Shown piece after piece: positions 49,208 to 62,500 of a DNA stretch of 64,000 nucleotides (its first letter is position 1; every line of letters starts with the position of its first letter). The position numbers were made by a program, and so were the translations under genes. Below the pieces are notes generated by a model that worked only from the letters and a program-made list of their open reading frames with translations, did no database searches and was not told the DNA's origin. This DNA is from Lingula anatina (lineage: Eukaryota; Animalia; Brachiopoda): contig CM120648.1 in assembly GCA_051362555.1 (NCBI GenBank), positions 17,790,587 to 17,854,586 of the forward strand, written 5' to 3'.

Positions 49208-52200
49208 ATGGGTTCCTTACTCCGCTGCAGTGCGCTATCTCTCTTCATACTGCTGCCCGCCGTCGTTCGCGTACACTGTCAAGCCGACGGCCAAATCGCC
49301 GCCATGTTTGATATACCGGAGACAGTAGAGGGTTCCAGCAACGTGAATCTCGCTCTATCTGGGTCCATTTTGTCCCGTCCCAAGATTCGATCTAAACTGG
49401 AGTGCACGTTATATTGTCTGGATGAACCGGAGTGCGCTTCTGTTAACTTAGGGAAAGCTGGGGAAGAATGGGTGTGCGAACTGAACACGGAAAAAGCGGC
49501 AGCGAACGCGCTGGCGTATAGGCAGGGCTTCATATATGTTGAGAAGGTAAGTTGAAACCATACATTTCAAAGATATTTCGTGGCGTTTTGAAATTTTAAA
49601 ACATATTTCATGCGTTAGACATTCATATGGCAAAATAATAATAAAATAATAATAATAATAAATTAAACATTTAACATTTCATCAATTCCCCAAAGACACA
49701 CCACGTTAATTCTACGTCTAAGAACTGTATTTATTCTTCATAAATACTTTGGGCAACAAAACCATGACACCTTTTAATTGTAGCTTTAAAAAATAAAACT
49801 TTTATTCTTTTATTCTGATGTTTTTCCAGGTCGAGACGGAATGTAAGTACCCTTATGTGTACAGTATATGTGTTGTAATGCCTGAAAGACATAAAATAAT
49901 TTTACATGTTGTATTTACTCTAAAAATGTGTGACCCGAAGATTCAAATTGGCGAGGAGTCTGTTTCAAAAATAACTGAAGCCCAAAAATTGTTCTAAATA
50001 TTTAGACCAAAATTTTAGACTTCTTTGACACACATTGAAATTGATCTAGTAGTAGTTCAGTGATATACGAAAAGTTTTATATATAGCAGTTAAGATATGG
50101 CTTATATTTCACAACGATGTTAACTTGAAGTGGACTTATGTTGTACTGAATCAAACTTTATCCACGATTTAAGATCAAATGTTTCTACCAATTTTCAGGC
50201 TTTTATTGTGATCACACACTGTACTTTGGTGATATTTCATTACATGCTGTCAGCGCTTTTGTTTTCGGACCATTGATTTATCAAATAAAAAGTACAAAAT
50301 AAAAGTACGGACATTTTAGTCGAGATAAGCTAGCTAACCAATGTTTGATGCCCATTTCAACGCAGAAAAAATTATGTCATGTCATGTCAGAATGTGACGT
50401 GGTCTTTTTCTGTTTCGAAATGTCAAGTATCATGTTAGTGATATTTAATTCGTCAACAGAAAGAAGACCCAAATAAAGCAAGAGATACTTTACAAAAAAA
50501 TGTTCACAGTTGTTTTTACGCATATCGGCATTTATGCATTCCACTGATCAAATCAAAGAAATCAACATAAATTATTCAAAATGAACTTTCATTTCCCGAT
50601 GTGGAGAGTGTGAGAGTCCCCCCCCCCCCCCCCTCCCCCTTGACAGAGAGTCCGCTTCCCATTCATTTGTACAGGTAAGCCCCACTTAAAGCCTCTCTTA
50701 CAACCCGTCGTGCGTGCTTAGAGATCGTGCGTCCTCGGAGTTCTCGTCAGACGTAGCGTTGTCGCAGGATGAAAATTAAATCGCAGCGGACGAAGTAGTA
50801 AGTACTTTATGAGTAGGTGTGTCGTGCTCTAAACGTGGGGCCCGCAAGTGGTCTGTACGCCTTTTTTTTTTTTTGGAAGTAGGAAGAAGTACTCGTGTCG
50901 CACACAGTGAGTGAGAAAATCATACGTGTATTGCAAGTGAAGCGTACGTTTTCAGAAACCGTACTTACGAAGTAAGAGAAACGTAAGAGAAACGTAATAA
51001 GCACGGAAGTGGAACGCACGGATAATCAAAATAATATAAAAGGGAGCACCGAGTCTCTTCATCATTCACTGTTTTGGCTTCCAAAAAGGCACTTCCAAGA
51101 AGGATGCGCCATCGACTTCTACAGCTGCTAATGCTAGAGGAGGCCGAAGATCGTGACGCAATGCTGGCAGTGGTTGCTCGGGATCGCCTGCACTTTTATC
51201 GTGCTGGGCACGTGCGTCGTGTTAGTGTGACGCACTTCACAGGTATGGTAGTAGTACTCGCCACGCACTTTGGAAGTAAGATAAACGCACGGAAGAAGTG
51301 CGCTCACCCCCCTTTTTGTGAACACGTACATTGAAAGCAAGTTAAACTTACGAGTCTCTTGCGTGGTAAGTACGTCTTCGTGGTAAAATACCCCGTAATT
51401 TCTGCATGCTTTTCCTGCGTTACACGCACGCCTAGCGCACTTACTCAGTACTTTTGTCTTGCGTGCTACGAGCGTGCTCCAGGCGTTCTATTTGTCGCAG
51501 ACAGGTCGTCGCGAAAAACTGGCCGGCCAGTTTTCGGGCTGCGTGCTTTGCGTCGTGTTTGCGTCCACCAAAAATAGTACGCTCCACGTGCGTGTATCTT
51601 ACTACTTGGCCAATTTTTTGCACGCAAACCGCTCGTAGAAGCACGCACGACCGGTTGTAAGAGTAGCTTAAGCTTAGGTCCCAACTACGTTTTGGACGCA
51701 CGGTTTAGGTTCCTTGCATCCGGCTAGGACGTAGCTAGATCGCAGGGAAGGAATCAAGTAATTGGTGAAAAGTTTCTACGTGCTGTTTGCGTCCTCCAAA
51801 AGTCGCAAGATGGACGTGCTCCTCACGCACGAACTCCCACGTTTTCCCCATTTTTTTGGCCGTAGAGCACACGTAACAGCCCGTGCGTTCGGTTGGGATA
51901 TAGGCTTTAGTTCAGGCTAACCCTAACCATTATAAGTAAATGGAGGGCGGACTTTCTGCGTCAAGGACTCTCACTTTCGTTACACTGGTGTAACAGGAAC
52001 TCCGCTAGGAACCGTAGTCCACTTCCCATTACTTTGTACAGGTGACATTCATCCCACATTGTAACCCTTAAGCCTAGGTCCCAACTACGTTTTGGACGCA
52101 CGGTTTTTTAGGTTCCTTGCGTCCGACTAGAACGTAGCTAGATCGCAGGGAAGGAATCAAGTAATTAGTGATTGCAAAGAGTTGATCATGTCAAAAAGTT

Positions 52201-53643
52201 TCTACGTGCTGTTTGCGTCCTCCAAAAGTCGCACGATGGACGTGCTCCTTACGCACGAACTCCCACGTTTTCCCCATTTTTTGGCCGTAGACCAGACATC
52301 GCAGCCCATCCGTTCGGTTGGGACTTAGGCTTTATACTCCAACTAACCCTAACCTGTACTAAACATATGGGACCCCGGGGCTTCCATTCCTAGGACTTCC
52401 ATTCCTGTTACGCCGGTATATTCCTTTCCATTCCAGCAAACAAAAACATTACTTGCCCGCCACAGTTCATCCACAAGTTTGAAGGCCACTGCTACTACTA
52501 CAACAACACGTCAATTGATTGGCCCGTGGCACGGAGCACGTGCGAGTCAATGGGAGCTTATCTGCTCGAGATTATGACGGAGGAGGAGAACGACTTTATC
52601 GCGAGTGTCCTCCTGGCAGAGGGGGGTAAGTACTGAAGGGGTAGATCTTTTCATCCTCCATGTTTGACCATCTTCCGACAGGAAAAAAAAAATAGATACC
52701 CGTCGATGTGAACTTTAAAATCTTATACCGTCTTCCGGAAGCCGGCCCCAATAATCCGCCCCTGTACTGGGATGAGAACTTGCATTGTGAGGGTTTCAAT
52801 TTCGAAGATCTAAAATCAGTATATTGTATATGAAAACGTTTTTAAAATGCCTGTTTCAAACTGTGCCATTTTTATATCTATCGTTATGTATTTTAGTTCA
52901 ATTAGTAACTTGTATATTTGTTATTTGCTTCGAATAGACGAATTTAATTACATAAATTTAATATATAAATAACACCCGAACTATAAGGCATGTTGCGACA
53001 ATTTATGCAGTTTGAAGAAAAAAATTTTATAAATGAAAAGAGGCGCTGAATTTAGTGTCTTGTGTCTAGTTTCCAAGTTCGTATTTAAAAAACGAACCAT
53101 AAAAATGTACAAAACGTCAAATCCAAATGCAATGACGTGTCAACCAATAGTTTGTGACTGGGAAAATATATAACTTTTATCTTTTGATAATTTCGATTTG
53201 GCAGATAAATACTGACGTCTAACGCATTTCTTTCCTGCTTCTAAGACTTAAATTTTCCAGTTTTTACATTGTTCTAAATCAGCACAAAGATAGATGTATT
53301 ATTGGATAATTAGTAGCAGGAAAAAAAAAACATTTTCGGTATCTGGACGAAAATAACTGGTAACAATATCCCTAAGAATTTCGATTTGGCAGATAAATTC
53401 TTACGTCTGATGCATTCCTTTCTAGCTACTAAGACGTACGTCTGGATGGGCGGGCTACTGACGGGGACCCAAGAACGTACCTGGGTCCACAGTGGGCTCA
53501 GTCTGACCCGGCCAGACTTCGTCCCGTTCTCGGAGTGGACGAATTGGGAGGCTTACGTCATGTTCAGGAGGTCCAACTCGGACTGGGTGGACTGCACGTC
53601 CCGATGTATGAGCAGCACCGCTTATATGTGTGAGATGGGGTGA
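49208..53643 (+). CDS. Secreted PAN/apple + C-type lectin-like domain protein (~252 aa)
   Basis: Exons 49208-49546, 49830-49842 (13-nt microexon), 52437-52625, 53426-53643 (759 nt). Signal peptide; RSKLECTLYCLDEPECASVN..CELN (PAN); CPPQF..GHCYYY..W..ARSTC..GAYLLEI..EENDFI..VWMGG..YMCE (CTLD). Confidence 0.85.
50690..51668. mobile_element. Non-autonomous PIF/Harbinger-like element
   Basis: TAA|AGCCTCTCTTACAACCCGTCGTGCGTGCT...AGCACGCACGACCGGTTGTAAGAGTAGCT|TAA; CpG-rich interior. Confidence 0.65.
51672..52331. mobile_element. Two copies of a Harbinger-like MITE (51672-51906 and 52071-52331)
   Basis: Near-identical ~240-260 bp units with GCYTAGGTCCCAAC...GTTGGGAYNTAGGC ends and TWA flanks. Confidence 0.65.
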
Positions 53644-54117
53644 ACGGCGAGTGTGCATGCTGGAAGCAATGCCACACCTTACGCAATGAGAGGCTCAACT
53701 AACACAATGTGACACGACCCAGGACTTGATGTGGGAGGGGGGGGGGGCGAAAAGAAAATTAATATTTTTCTCAATAGGTTAGTCAACACAAATATAACAC
53801 AGCGAAGAAAACAATTTCACTCTTGCGTTAGACACGTTTACACAAGTAAATACAATAGGCTACTGTTTAATGTTGTTTTGCTTCTTTTCTTTTTGTTGCT
53901 ATGATTAGGAAGAAAAGGAAGAAGACACTGTTGGGAAGAAAGGGGGGTGGGGATACCGACTACAGCACTGTTATTGAGATAAAATAATAATTAACCATAA
54001 AAATTGGACCTTAAATGATATCACAACTTACCAACTCTCACACCTCAAATGCTGTCCCATCTTATACATTGCCTCATCTTTGTCACAGTGTCACATCGTC
54101 AGGGCCGTACACATCAT

Positions 54118-54598
54118 CAGGGCCGTAGCCTGAGCAAAATGCCAGGGGGGGGGGGGGCAGTAAGCGGACACGAGGGGGCAAAGCCCCCGAGGGGGAAGGG
54201 GGTGGGAGGGGGTTTACCCCTCGCACGGTGTGGAAAATTTTTAAAAACTGTGTGTATAATACTGCATTCTGGTGCATTTTAACTGTTATTTATTGGTCAA
54301 TCAGAAGTCAGAAATTGTGGGTTCATTTTGCCATAAGTACAGTCATTTTTTCAACACAGCAGCTCCCTCAGGGAGGGTGAGCTTTTTGGCATGAACTGAG
54401 TTGGCTAAAAACAGTACACCTTTGTAAACAGATTGTTGAATGATTGTCTAGTGGCCATGAGTGCCTTTTCTCACAGAATTGATACCAACTTAGCAATTAT
54501 TTTTTTTACCTTTGCGATTATTTTTTTGCGCCCCAATTTCCAGGGGGGGGCAGCTGCCCCCCCCCCCCCCCCCCCCCACCCCGGAGGCTACGGCCCTG
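54118..54598. mobile_element. MITE with CAGGGCCGTAGCC termini (hAT-like)
   Basis: 13-bp TIR and G/C homopolymer subtermini; no clean TSD. Confidence 0.55.
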
Positions 54599-57139
54599 AT
54601 CGTATAAATTTACATATGAATACCAGTCAAATCTCACACAGCGTATAGTCACATCTAACACACTGTCACATCTAATACATGGCATCAATTGGCCCCACAG
54701 TAATGAAGATCAATGTAAATACGGTACACATAATGATGAAATATAATGGTTTATTTACACATTTGTGTATATTTACATGTATACGTAAAATTACTACTTA
54801 CAATATCATTTTGTTTCACCTCTTTCCCTGTGAAACTATTTGTACATGTAAAAACATTGTGCTTGATTGCTCTTCTCACAGATGGACTGTAATAACTGTT
54901 CCTTGTTTTCTGTAAACAGTGCCTTCATAAGTTTTTACAATTACATCGCTAATTTTTAATGTTACTTCTTAGCACATTCACTGCTTTATAAATGTAGTGT
55001 AGGACAATAAAATTTTAAAACATGCATCTGACTCATTTACTGTAATACATGTGACAAAAAATTTTGTTCAACTTTGAGAATTGCCTGCAAGGTGCACAGT
55101 ATTTCTTTTGATAAGCACCAATAAAAAGTACAAAATCAACAAATCCCCAAATAAATGATCTCCTACATTTTCTTGGGGAATAATGTTTTATAACTGAGGA
55201 CGATGAACTTAAATAATGCTTCATTTTGAACACCATTTAAAATACTGGTGATGACTGAAGCAATTTTCTGATCAGTCATGTGACCTGTCACATGATCTGT
55301 CACATGACCTACCATTAAGAGTCATGTGATTTATTACCAATTTTACTGTAACTATCATCTAACAAGGTATAACTATGGTTCTTCACTCCTTTCTTTTTAC
55401 CTCATATAAATTACCATGCCCATCATTTTGTTTTCATTGTTGACCATAAAAAAAAACATAATAGTATATAAACTTGCAATTGCAGTAACTTTCAGATATA
55501 AAACAACTTTTAAACTTAAAAAAGAAACAAGGCAGCAAAGCTGTCAAATGTACAGACAAAAACACAAAATAAAAATGCAGAAAATGGTTCATTTTGTCAA
55601 TTTTGATGCCTACAATAGCACTGTCAATCAACGCTGAAATTTAATCATGCACAACAGGTGACATCGTCAATAACAGGAGCTGATCCAGAGATATTTTCTG
55701 ACAGTATTCCAAATTATCTTTGTTGATCCATCCTACATTTTTGATGGTCTTCCAACAGAAAAAAGAGATGCCCATCAATGTGAACTTTAAAATCTGAAAG
55801 ACCCAGAAGATGGCCTCAATCCACCCCTGCAATAAGATTACAGTTTCAGGACCAAATTCACATAATGAAAATCCCAATATCTAAATAATGATGACAGTGC
55901 ATAAAATAATATTACATAATGTTTAAAGAAATAAAAACCAGTGCAACTGCTTATGTGAAAATACAGAAAATGTGAAGAGCTTCAGGTGGATGGGAGCTGA
56001 AAATGCCAGTGTTTGAAAAAAAAAATTAAAAAGAAAACACAAAAATATCCCATTAAAGCTACTATTCAAACTTTTAATCTTGCTGTAATAACATGATATG
56101 AATAACCCCAATGTGTTTGAGGATAATAAGACACTGTTATTCATCTATTTTTTTGTTTTGTTTTGTTAACTTATTTGCAATATTAAACAACATTTACCTG
56201 CATAATTATCATAGATTCCTAATTATGTGACACAGTTAAGAGAGCTTAACCTATGGGACTTTACTGGGAAGTCTCAGCGTGTGTTTTATGTAATCTTATT
56301 TAATGGGCACTTGGAAATCAATTAGGCAAATGATTTTATAGCTCTGAATTTAGCTTGTGACTATCCCAAGGGGCAATTACCACCATCCATACATAGTAGC
56401 CCCATATAGCACTCTATAGAGCTACATTGCTTCCAAAACGGAAAACAATCACACTGATTTTCCAACACAAACTGCACATCAGTCTTACGAAACTTTTCAG
56501 TAAGTTTGAGTATCATAAGTAACATGGTTTTTCCTTAATGGTCATTCCGGCAGCCATTTCCAAAATTAGGGTTTTCTTCAACTTTTATGCAATATAATAT
56601 AATGACCATTAATTTTTAATAATAAAATAAAAGTATCATGGATTTACAGAAAATGTGACATGGAAATGTCTTCAAGGCCATGGAAGTTCAGAGTCACACT
56701 TTCAAAATGCTAAAATGTAAACAAAAGATAACTGTATTGAATTGATTTTCTTTCCATTTTCAACATCTTTTTTTCATATAACAAAATAATCAATTTACTG
56801 TCATTTTTAAATGAACAACTAAGAAAATTGCTGTCATAGGAAAAATATCAATAGAACAATTTTAAATTGCCATATTGCTCCATTCTGAGATTCTGAACAT
56901 GGTGAATGATTGAATCTGACAAACTGTAAAGATATGAGTTTATTATTATTTCCATTTTTGACACTTTGTTATATAATACACAATAACAGGTTAACCATCT
57001 TTTTTATATAATCAACTAACAATATTGTTAAGATGCAGAAAATGTCAAAAGAACACCTTTACATATTTAATTAGTTCACAGAGGAGATTCTTAACATGCC
57101 TAAGAATTAAATCAAAGGAAAAAAAAAACACTTATATAC

Positions 57140-58330
57140 AAAAAAAGGCATAACTTCACCAAAACTGAACCATTTTCAAACTCCATCTGTATTTCAGTAA
57201 GACTGATCTCCCCTGTAAATTTCAAGACAATTGGCCAATTGATTTTTCTTGAAATGCGTTAGCGGTATTGCATACATGCTGAAAAAAGTGAAAAAAACAG
57301 CATAACTTCCATAAAATTGGTCCGATCACGCTGATTTTCAAACTTTGCCTATGTAATATGAATATTCATCAGTTCTGTAAGTTTCAAGCCAAAAGGTAAA
57401 ACAGTTTTTCACTTATCGTGTATCAGTGTTGCATTATGCTAAAAAAATTAAAAAATAGCATAACTTCCATAAAAATGACCCGATAAAGCTGATTTTCAAA
57501 CTTGACCTGCGTATTATAAATATTCATCAGTTCTGTAAGTTTCAAGCCAAAAGGTAAAATGGTTTTCCACTTATCGTGTTATCGGTGCTGCATATATGCT
57601 GAAAAAAGTGAAAAAACAGCATAAATTCCCTAAAAATGACCCAATCATGCTGTTTTTCGAACTTGACCTGCGTATTATGAATATTCATCAGTTCTGTAAG
57701 TTTCAAGCCAAAAGGTAAAATGGTTTTCCACTTATCGTGTTATCGGTGCTGCATATATGCTGAAAAAAGTGAAAAAACAGCATAAATTCCCTAAAAATGG
57801 CCCAATCATGCTGATTTTCGAACTTGACCTGCGTATTAAGAATTTTCATCAGTTCTGTAAGTTTCAAGCCAAAAGGTAAAATGGTTTTCCACTTACTGTG
57901 TTATCGGTGCTGCATATATGCTGAAAAAGTGAAAAAACAGCATAAATTCCCTAAAAATGGACCAATCCTGCCGATTTTCGAACTTGACCTGCATGTTATG
58001 AATATTCATCAGTTCTGTAAGTTTCAAGCCAAAGGGTAAAATGGTTTTCCACTTATTGTGTTATCGGTGCTGCATATATGTTGAAAAAAGTGAAAAAACA
58101 GCATAAATTCCCTAAGAGTGACCCGATCATGCTGATTTTCGAACTTGACCTGCGTATTATGAATATTCATCAGTTCTGCAAGTTTCAAATCAAAAGGCAA
58201 AATGGCTTTCCACTTATCGTGTTATCGGTAAAAGTGCACGGCGACGGCGACGACGGCGACAGCGACGACGGCGACGACAGACGCAGATGATGGCTATATG
58301 TACAGACACATCTGTGTCTGTACATAAAAA
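57140..58330 (+). mobile_element. ~160-bp tandem array within a Helentron/HINE-like element
   Basis: About 6 units of ~160 bp, then a (GAC/GGC)n microsatellite, a terminal hairpin TGTACAGACAC-ATCT-GTGTCTGTACA and an A-run. Confidence 0.6.
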
Positions 58331-58777
58331 AAAGTAGAAACTCGAGAATCCGGATAATTTTGGTTACCACAGAACATTGCTCTTGATTGCTACATTATTC
58401 GAAAGAACTCTTTCTCTGTAATCAATATACATGCATTATCAACGTGACTGTTTAAGGTTCCTGTTTCTCATAACTCTTTGTTCCAAAGTGATCAACATCA
58501 CTTAAATCAGTAATACTATACATGCACTATTGTTAAATGTGTTTGTGAGGGACGGCAAGCATTTAACATCAATCAAAGAAACAGGCAGGAGGCCCCAAGA
58601 TTTTCACATTAACATGTGTTCACAATGTTTAAATCAAACTGCAAAACTGTCTTAACGAGCAATCAAATCAACAAATCACATAGGAACTAACATGATGTTT
58701 TTAGACTTCAATAATCCCTTATGAAGACGTTAACAAGCATGCTATTTGGACATCCCTAAATATATATGCCACATTGC

Positions 58778-58941
58778 TATTGGGCAATCCCTTGTGAAGA
58801 TAAAAGCAAGCATTCTACTGGGCAATCCCTTGTGAAGATAAAAGCAAGCATTCTATTGGGCAATCCCTTGTGAAGATATAAGCAAGCATTCTATTGGGCA
58901 ATCCCTTGTGAAGATATAAGCAAGCATTCTATTGGGCAATC
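58778..58941. repeat. 38-bp minisatellite, ~4 copies
   Basis: Unit CAATCCCTTGTGAAGATAWAAGCAAGCATTCTATTGGG. Confidence 0.9.
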
Positions 58942-59543
58942 ACTGAGACACTGACACAATATTGATACAAACTGAAATTTTGATCCCACATTTTTGCAGA
59001 CTCTAAAAGTTGGCAACAGGAAACAAGTTAGTCATTCTTTATGTGAATGTACTGTCTTGCTGTATTAAAAGTTATCTCTGGGTGAATTCTTAACAAAGAT
59101 TCAAAGAGTGAAGCAAGTGTCTTCTTACTCCTTCAACTCTGACTAAGCTTAAATACTTTTAATGATGCTTAAGTGTGCCCAATGATTTTTTTTCATGTGA
59201 TCATCCAAAATAAATAAATAAATAATAAATAATTAATAAATGCAATTCTAGTGACAAGTGTGCCGGAATTTCACAAATTTTTCACAGCACCAAAAGTAAC
59301 GACTCAAAAAGGGCCTCCAAAAATATTCTTGAAGACAGATCCTCATGAATCTGCTCACATAATTTCTAAATGATGTTTAGACAGGTTAAATTAGTTGCTA
59401 AAAAGGAGTCTATGATACGCTGAGGATGTAAACTGCAGATCTGGTCAAGGGTCACAGAGTCGGACAGTCCAAGGTGAACTGACCCAAAAGTTTAATATCT
59501 TTATCAAATGATGTTTCAGTCAGTGGAGTTCCAATGTGGCATC

Positions 59544-62500
59544 TCATTTTTTCTTCCTCTCCGCCGTGCATTTCGGACAGAACCACTTCCCTTTTGGCTT
59601 GGTAGTGAGGCCAACGCAGGCAAAATGGAACCATTCTATAGGACACTGAAACAAAAGAAAGAAAACACATTTATGTCAATATTGATTTGTATTTTGTAGC
59701 CAAACCATTCTATAGGACACTGAAACCAAAGTTAGAAAACTCATTTATGTCAATAGCAATTTGTATTTTGCGGCCAAATCTTGTATCTGTTTTCATAATC
59801 TCAAGTATAGTGTATTTATAATAATAAATCAATTTAACTAAACCACAGCAACTAACACTTTTTGTCCATTCAGTCCTTACGAGATAATTACAGCACATTA
59901 CTTATCTGCAAGACTGCCAGACACCTGTAAAAACACGAACAGTACTGCTGTAAGCTGAACTGAACTAATTCAAATTTGTGCAACTTAAAATTTTATGCAG
60001 AGTTTACTGTATCTCTTTTCTTTTCACACCCTCTCCTTTACCAAATTCCTCCCTCTCTCCTTGTCTTCTTTTCACTTGTATCCTTTCCTATTGCTTTATC
60101 TTTACTTCTCTCCTTTTACCTTTTCTCCCTCACACTACCTTTCTCTTTCCTTCTCTCTCCCTCCCTCTCTCTCTGCCTTTCTCTCTCCCCCTCTCTCTCC
60201 AAACTTTTTTCTCTCTCTGCCTGTCTTTTGGTCTCTCTCTCTTTCAGTCACTCTCTCTTTACCCCCCCCTCTCTCCCTCTCTCTCTCTCACTGCCTGTCT
60301 CTTTCTGATTCTCTCCCCCCCCCTCTCCTCTACTCACATCTGGGTTATCACAGCCAATCATTTCACCATAGGACACTTGATGACACAGGCAGTACGTGGG
60401 CTCGTTGGGGTCCACAGGCATGTCCAACACGTCTGAGGGATGTGCAATCGACAGCGGCAGGGCAGGTATGGTGTTGGTCATCACCAGCTCAGGTCTGAAA
60501 TAAATACACAAATGAAAATGTACAGAAACTGTTAACATCATGTAAATTGTCATCAGAGAACTTCAATCATCATTTAACCCCCTCTCCAAAGAAAAAAAAA
60601 TGTGTCAAAGTGACCAAGGCTTTATGTTATGGCTCAAAATCTTGAATTGTTAACATCAGTCAAAATGCATTCAACTACAGAGATTTCAATTTTGGATGGC
60701 TAATTTTGAAAATTCATATAAGTGAATAATAAGCACTCTTGTTGGCCTTTGATCCCAATAATTAGACTTAATGTTCACATCGTTCATAACCTTCTTAGAG
60801 ATGATGATAAAAATGGCAGAATTAAAAAAAAATATATATATATGGTATAACATAAAAATATATCACTTACTCTGGCTCTACTGGCTGGTTCTTCTTTTTC
60901 TTCTTTCTAGGAATTTCATCATCAAAATCATCTTTTTGTCCTTTCTTCCTCTTTTTCTCTGATTTGTCACCTTTTTCTAAAATAAGAAATAAACAAATCA
61001 TTAATAATACAAAAAACTTATCACAATATGAATCATTTAAACGTATAAAAGTAACATAATTATATAACAGGTATGATCCAAGGGTCCAGAGAGCATATAA
61101 ATCATTATACCAAACAAAAACTGTAATACTGAAAGACTATAAATTAAGGGGCATTTTCACATCTATCACTAGTTACAGCTGTCTTCTGTACTACTCCCCA
61201 TTACACTTGGGACATAATGAAATATTTTATAAAATGATTTAAAACTATGAAGTCCTGATTGCCCTTTCAGAAAGAAAATTTGGACTCCATAAACATCGTG
61301 CAGCTCATGGACAAACAGCAATGGAGAGTTCAAACATTAGAATTAGTCTTACAAAACCCTGGCTAAACCTCTGCGCAGGACTATATCACATATGATATAA
61401 CCATAAATGGTCAATCTTTGAATGGCGAAATTTGTGAATTTTACAGACACTGTATTTTTTAAGCCATAATTTCTTAAAATGACAACATTCCAATAGAGTA
61501 GTAGCAAAATAATTTTAAAAAAAAGGCCACTGCATAGTTCTATTCTATACAGTGAAAAAAACCACCAATGCCATATCCATTTTTTTTATCATGATTATAC
61601 CGTCATGTATCTGAAAATTTGATCATTTCAACCTATTGAAAAGACCAAGTAATCACTGTAGTGATTCCAGTGTCCACTACTTTGTACACTTACTTTTCTG
61701 CCCAGTGTCTGGCCCTGGGGTACTCTGACTGCCCCCTCCCACTACTCTGTACACTTACTTTTCTGCCCAGTGTCTGGCCCTGGGGTACTCTGACTGCCCC
61801 CTCCCACTACTCTGTACACTTACTTTTCTGCCCAGTGTCTGGCCCTGGGGTACTCTGACTGCCCCCATCCACTACTCGGGTACTCTGACTGCCCCCATCC
61901 ACTACTCTGTACACTTACTTTTCTGCCCAGTGTCTGGCCCTGGGGTACTCTGACTGCCCCCATCCACTACTCGGGTACTCTGACTGCCCCCATCCACTAC
62001 TCTGTACACTTACTTTTCTGCCCAGTGTCTGGCCCTGGGGTACTCTGACTGCCCCCTCCCACTACTCTGTACACTTACTTTTCTGCCCAGTGTCTGGCCC
62101 TGGGGTACTCTGACTGCCCCCTCCCGTCTTGGCGTTCAACGTCTTCTCTTTCAGCTCCGCCTCAAACCTTGCAAGGTCAGAGTCCAGCCGTCGTATATGT
62201 TTGTCCACCTGAAATGTACCACACTCAATGTCCATAGGATAACAGTAAGAACATTATGACTTGTTCTTGTATATCACTGATCTCAGTGTGGTTGCTAATA
62301 GACATATTAAACACACAACCTTTTCCATCCCTGTTCTCAAGCCCTTTATATCATAGTTTTAAAATAATCTTTGTCTAGTATCTTATACTTGGCCAAGTGA
62401 CTGACTATCCTGAGTGAGAATGGTTCACAGGTGTATCAACACCAAAAGACCTTTGGGCATTTAGCCTGATGATGCTCTTTTAAGAAAAGCCAAATGTAGC

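Noticed and set aside
62465-62500. CTGATGA-containing hammerhead-like motif in an ING intron
   Set aside because: The GAAA box is not intact and stem II is poor.
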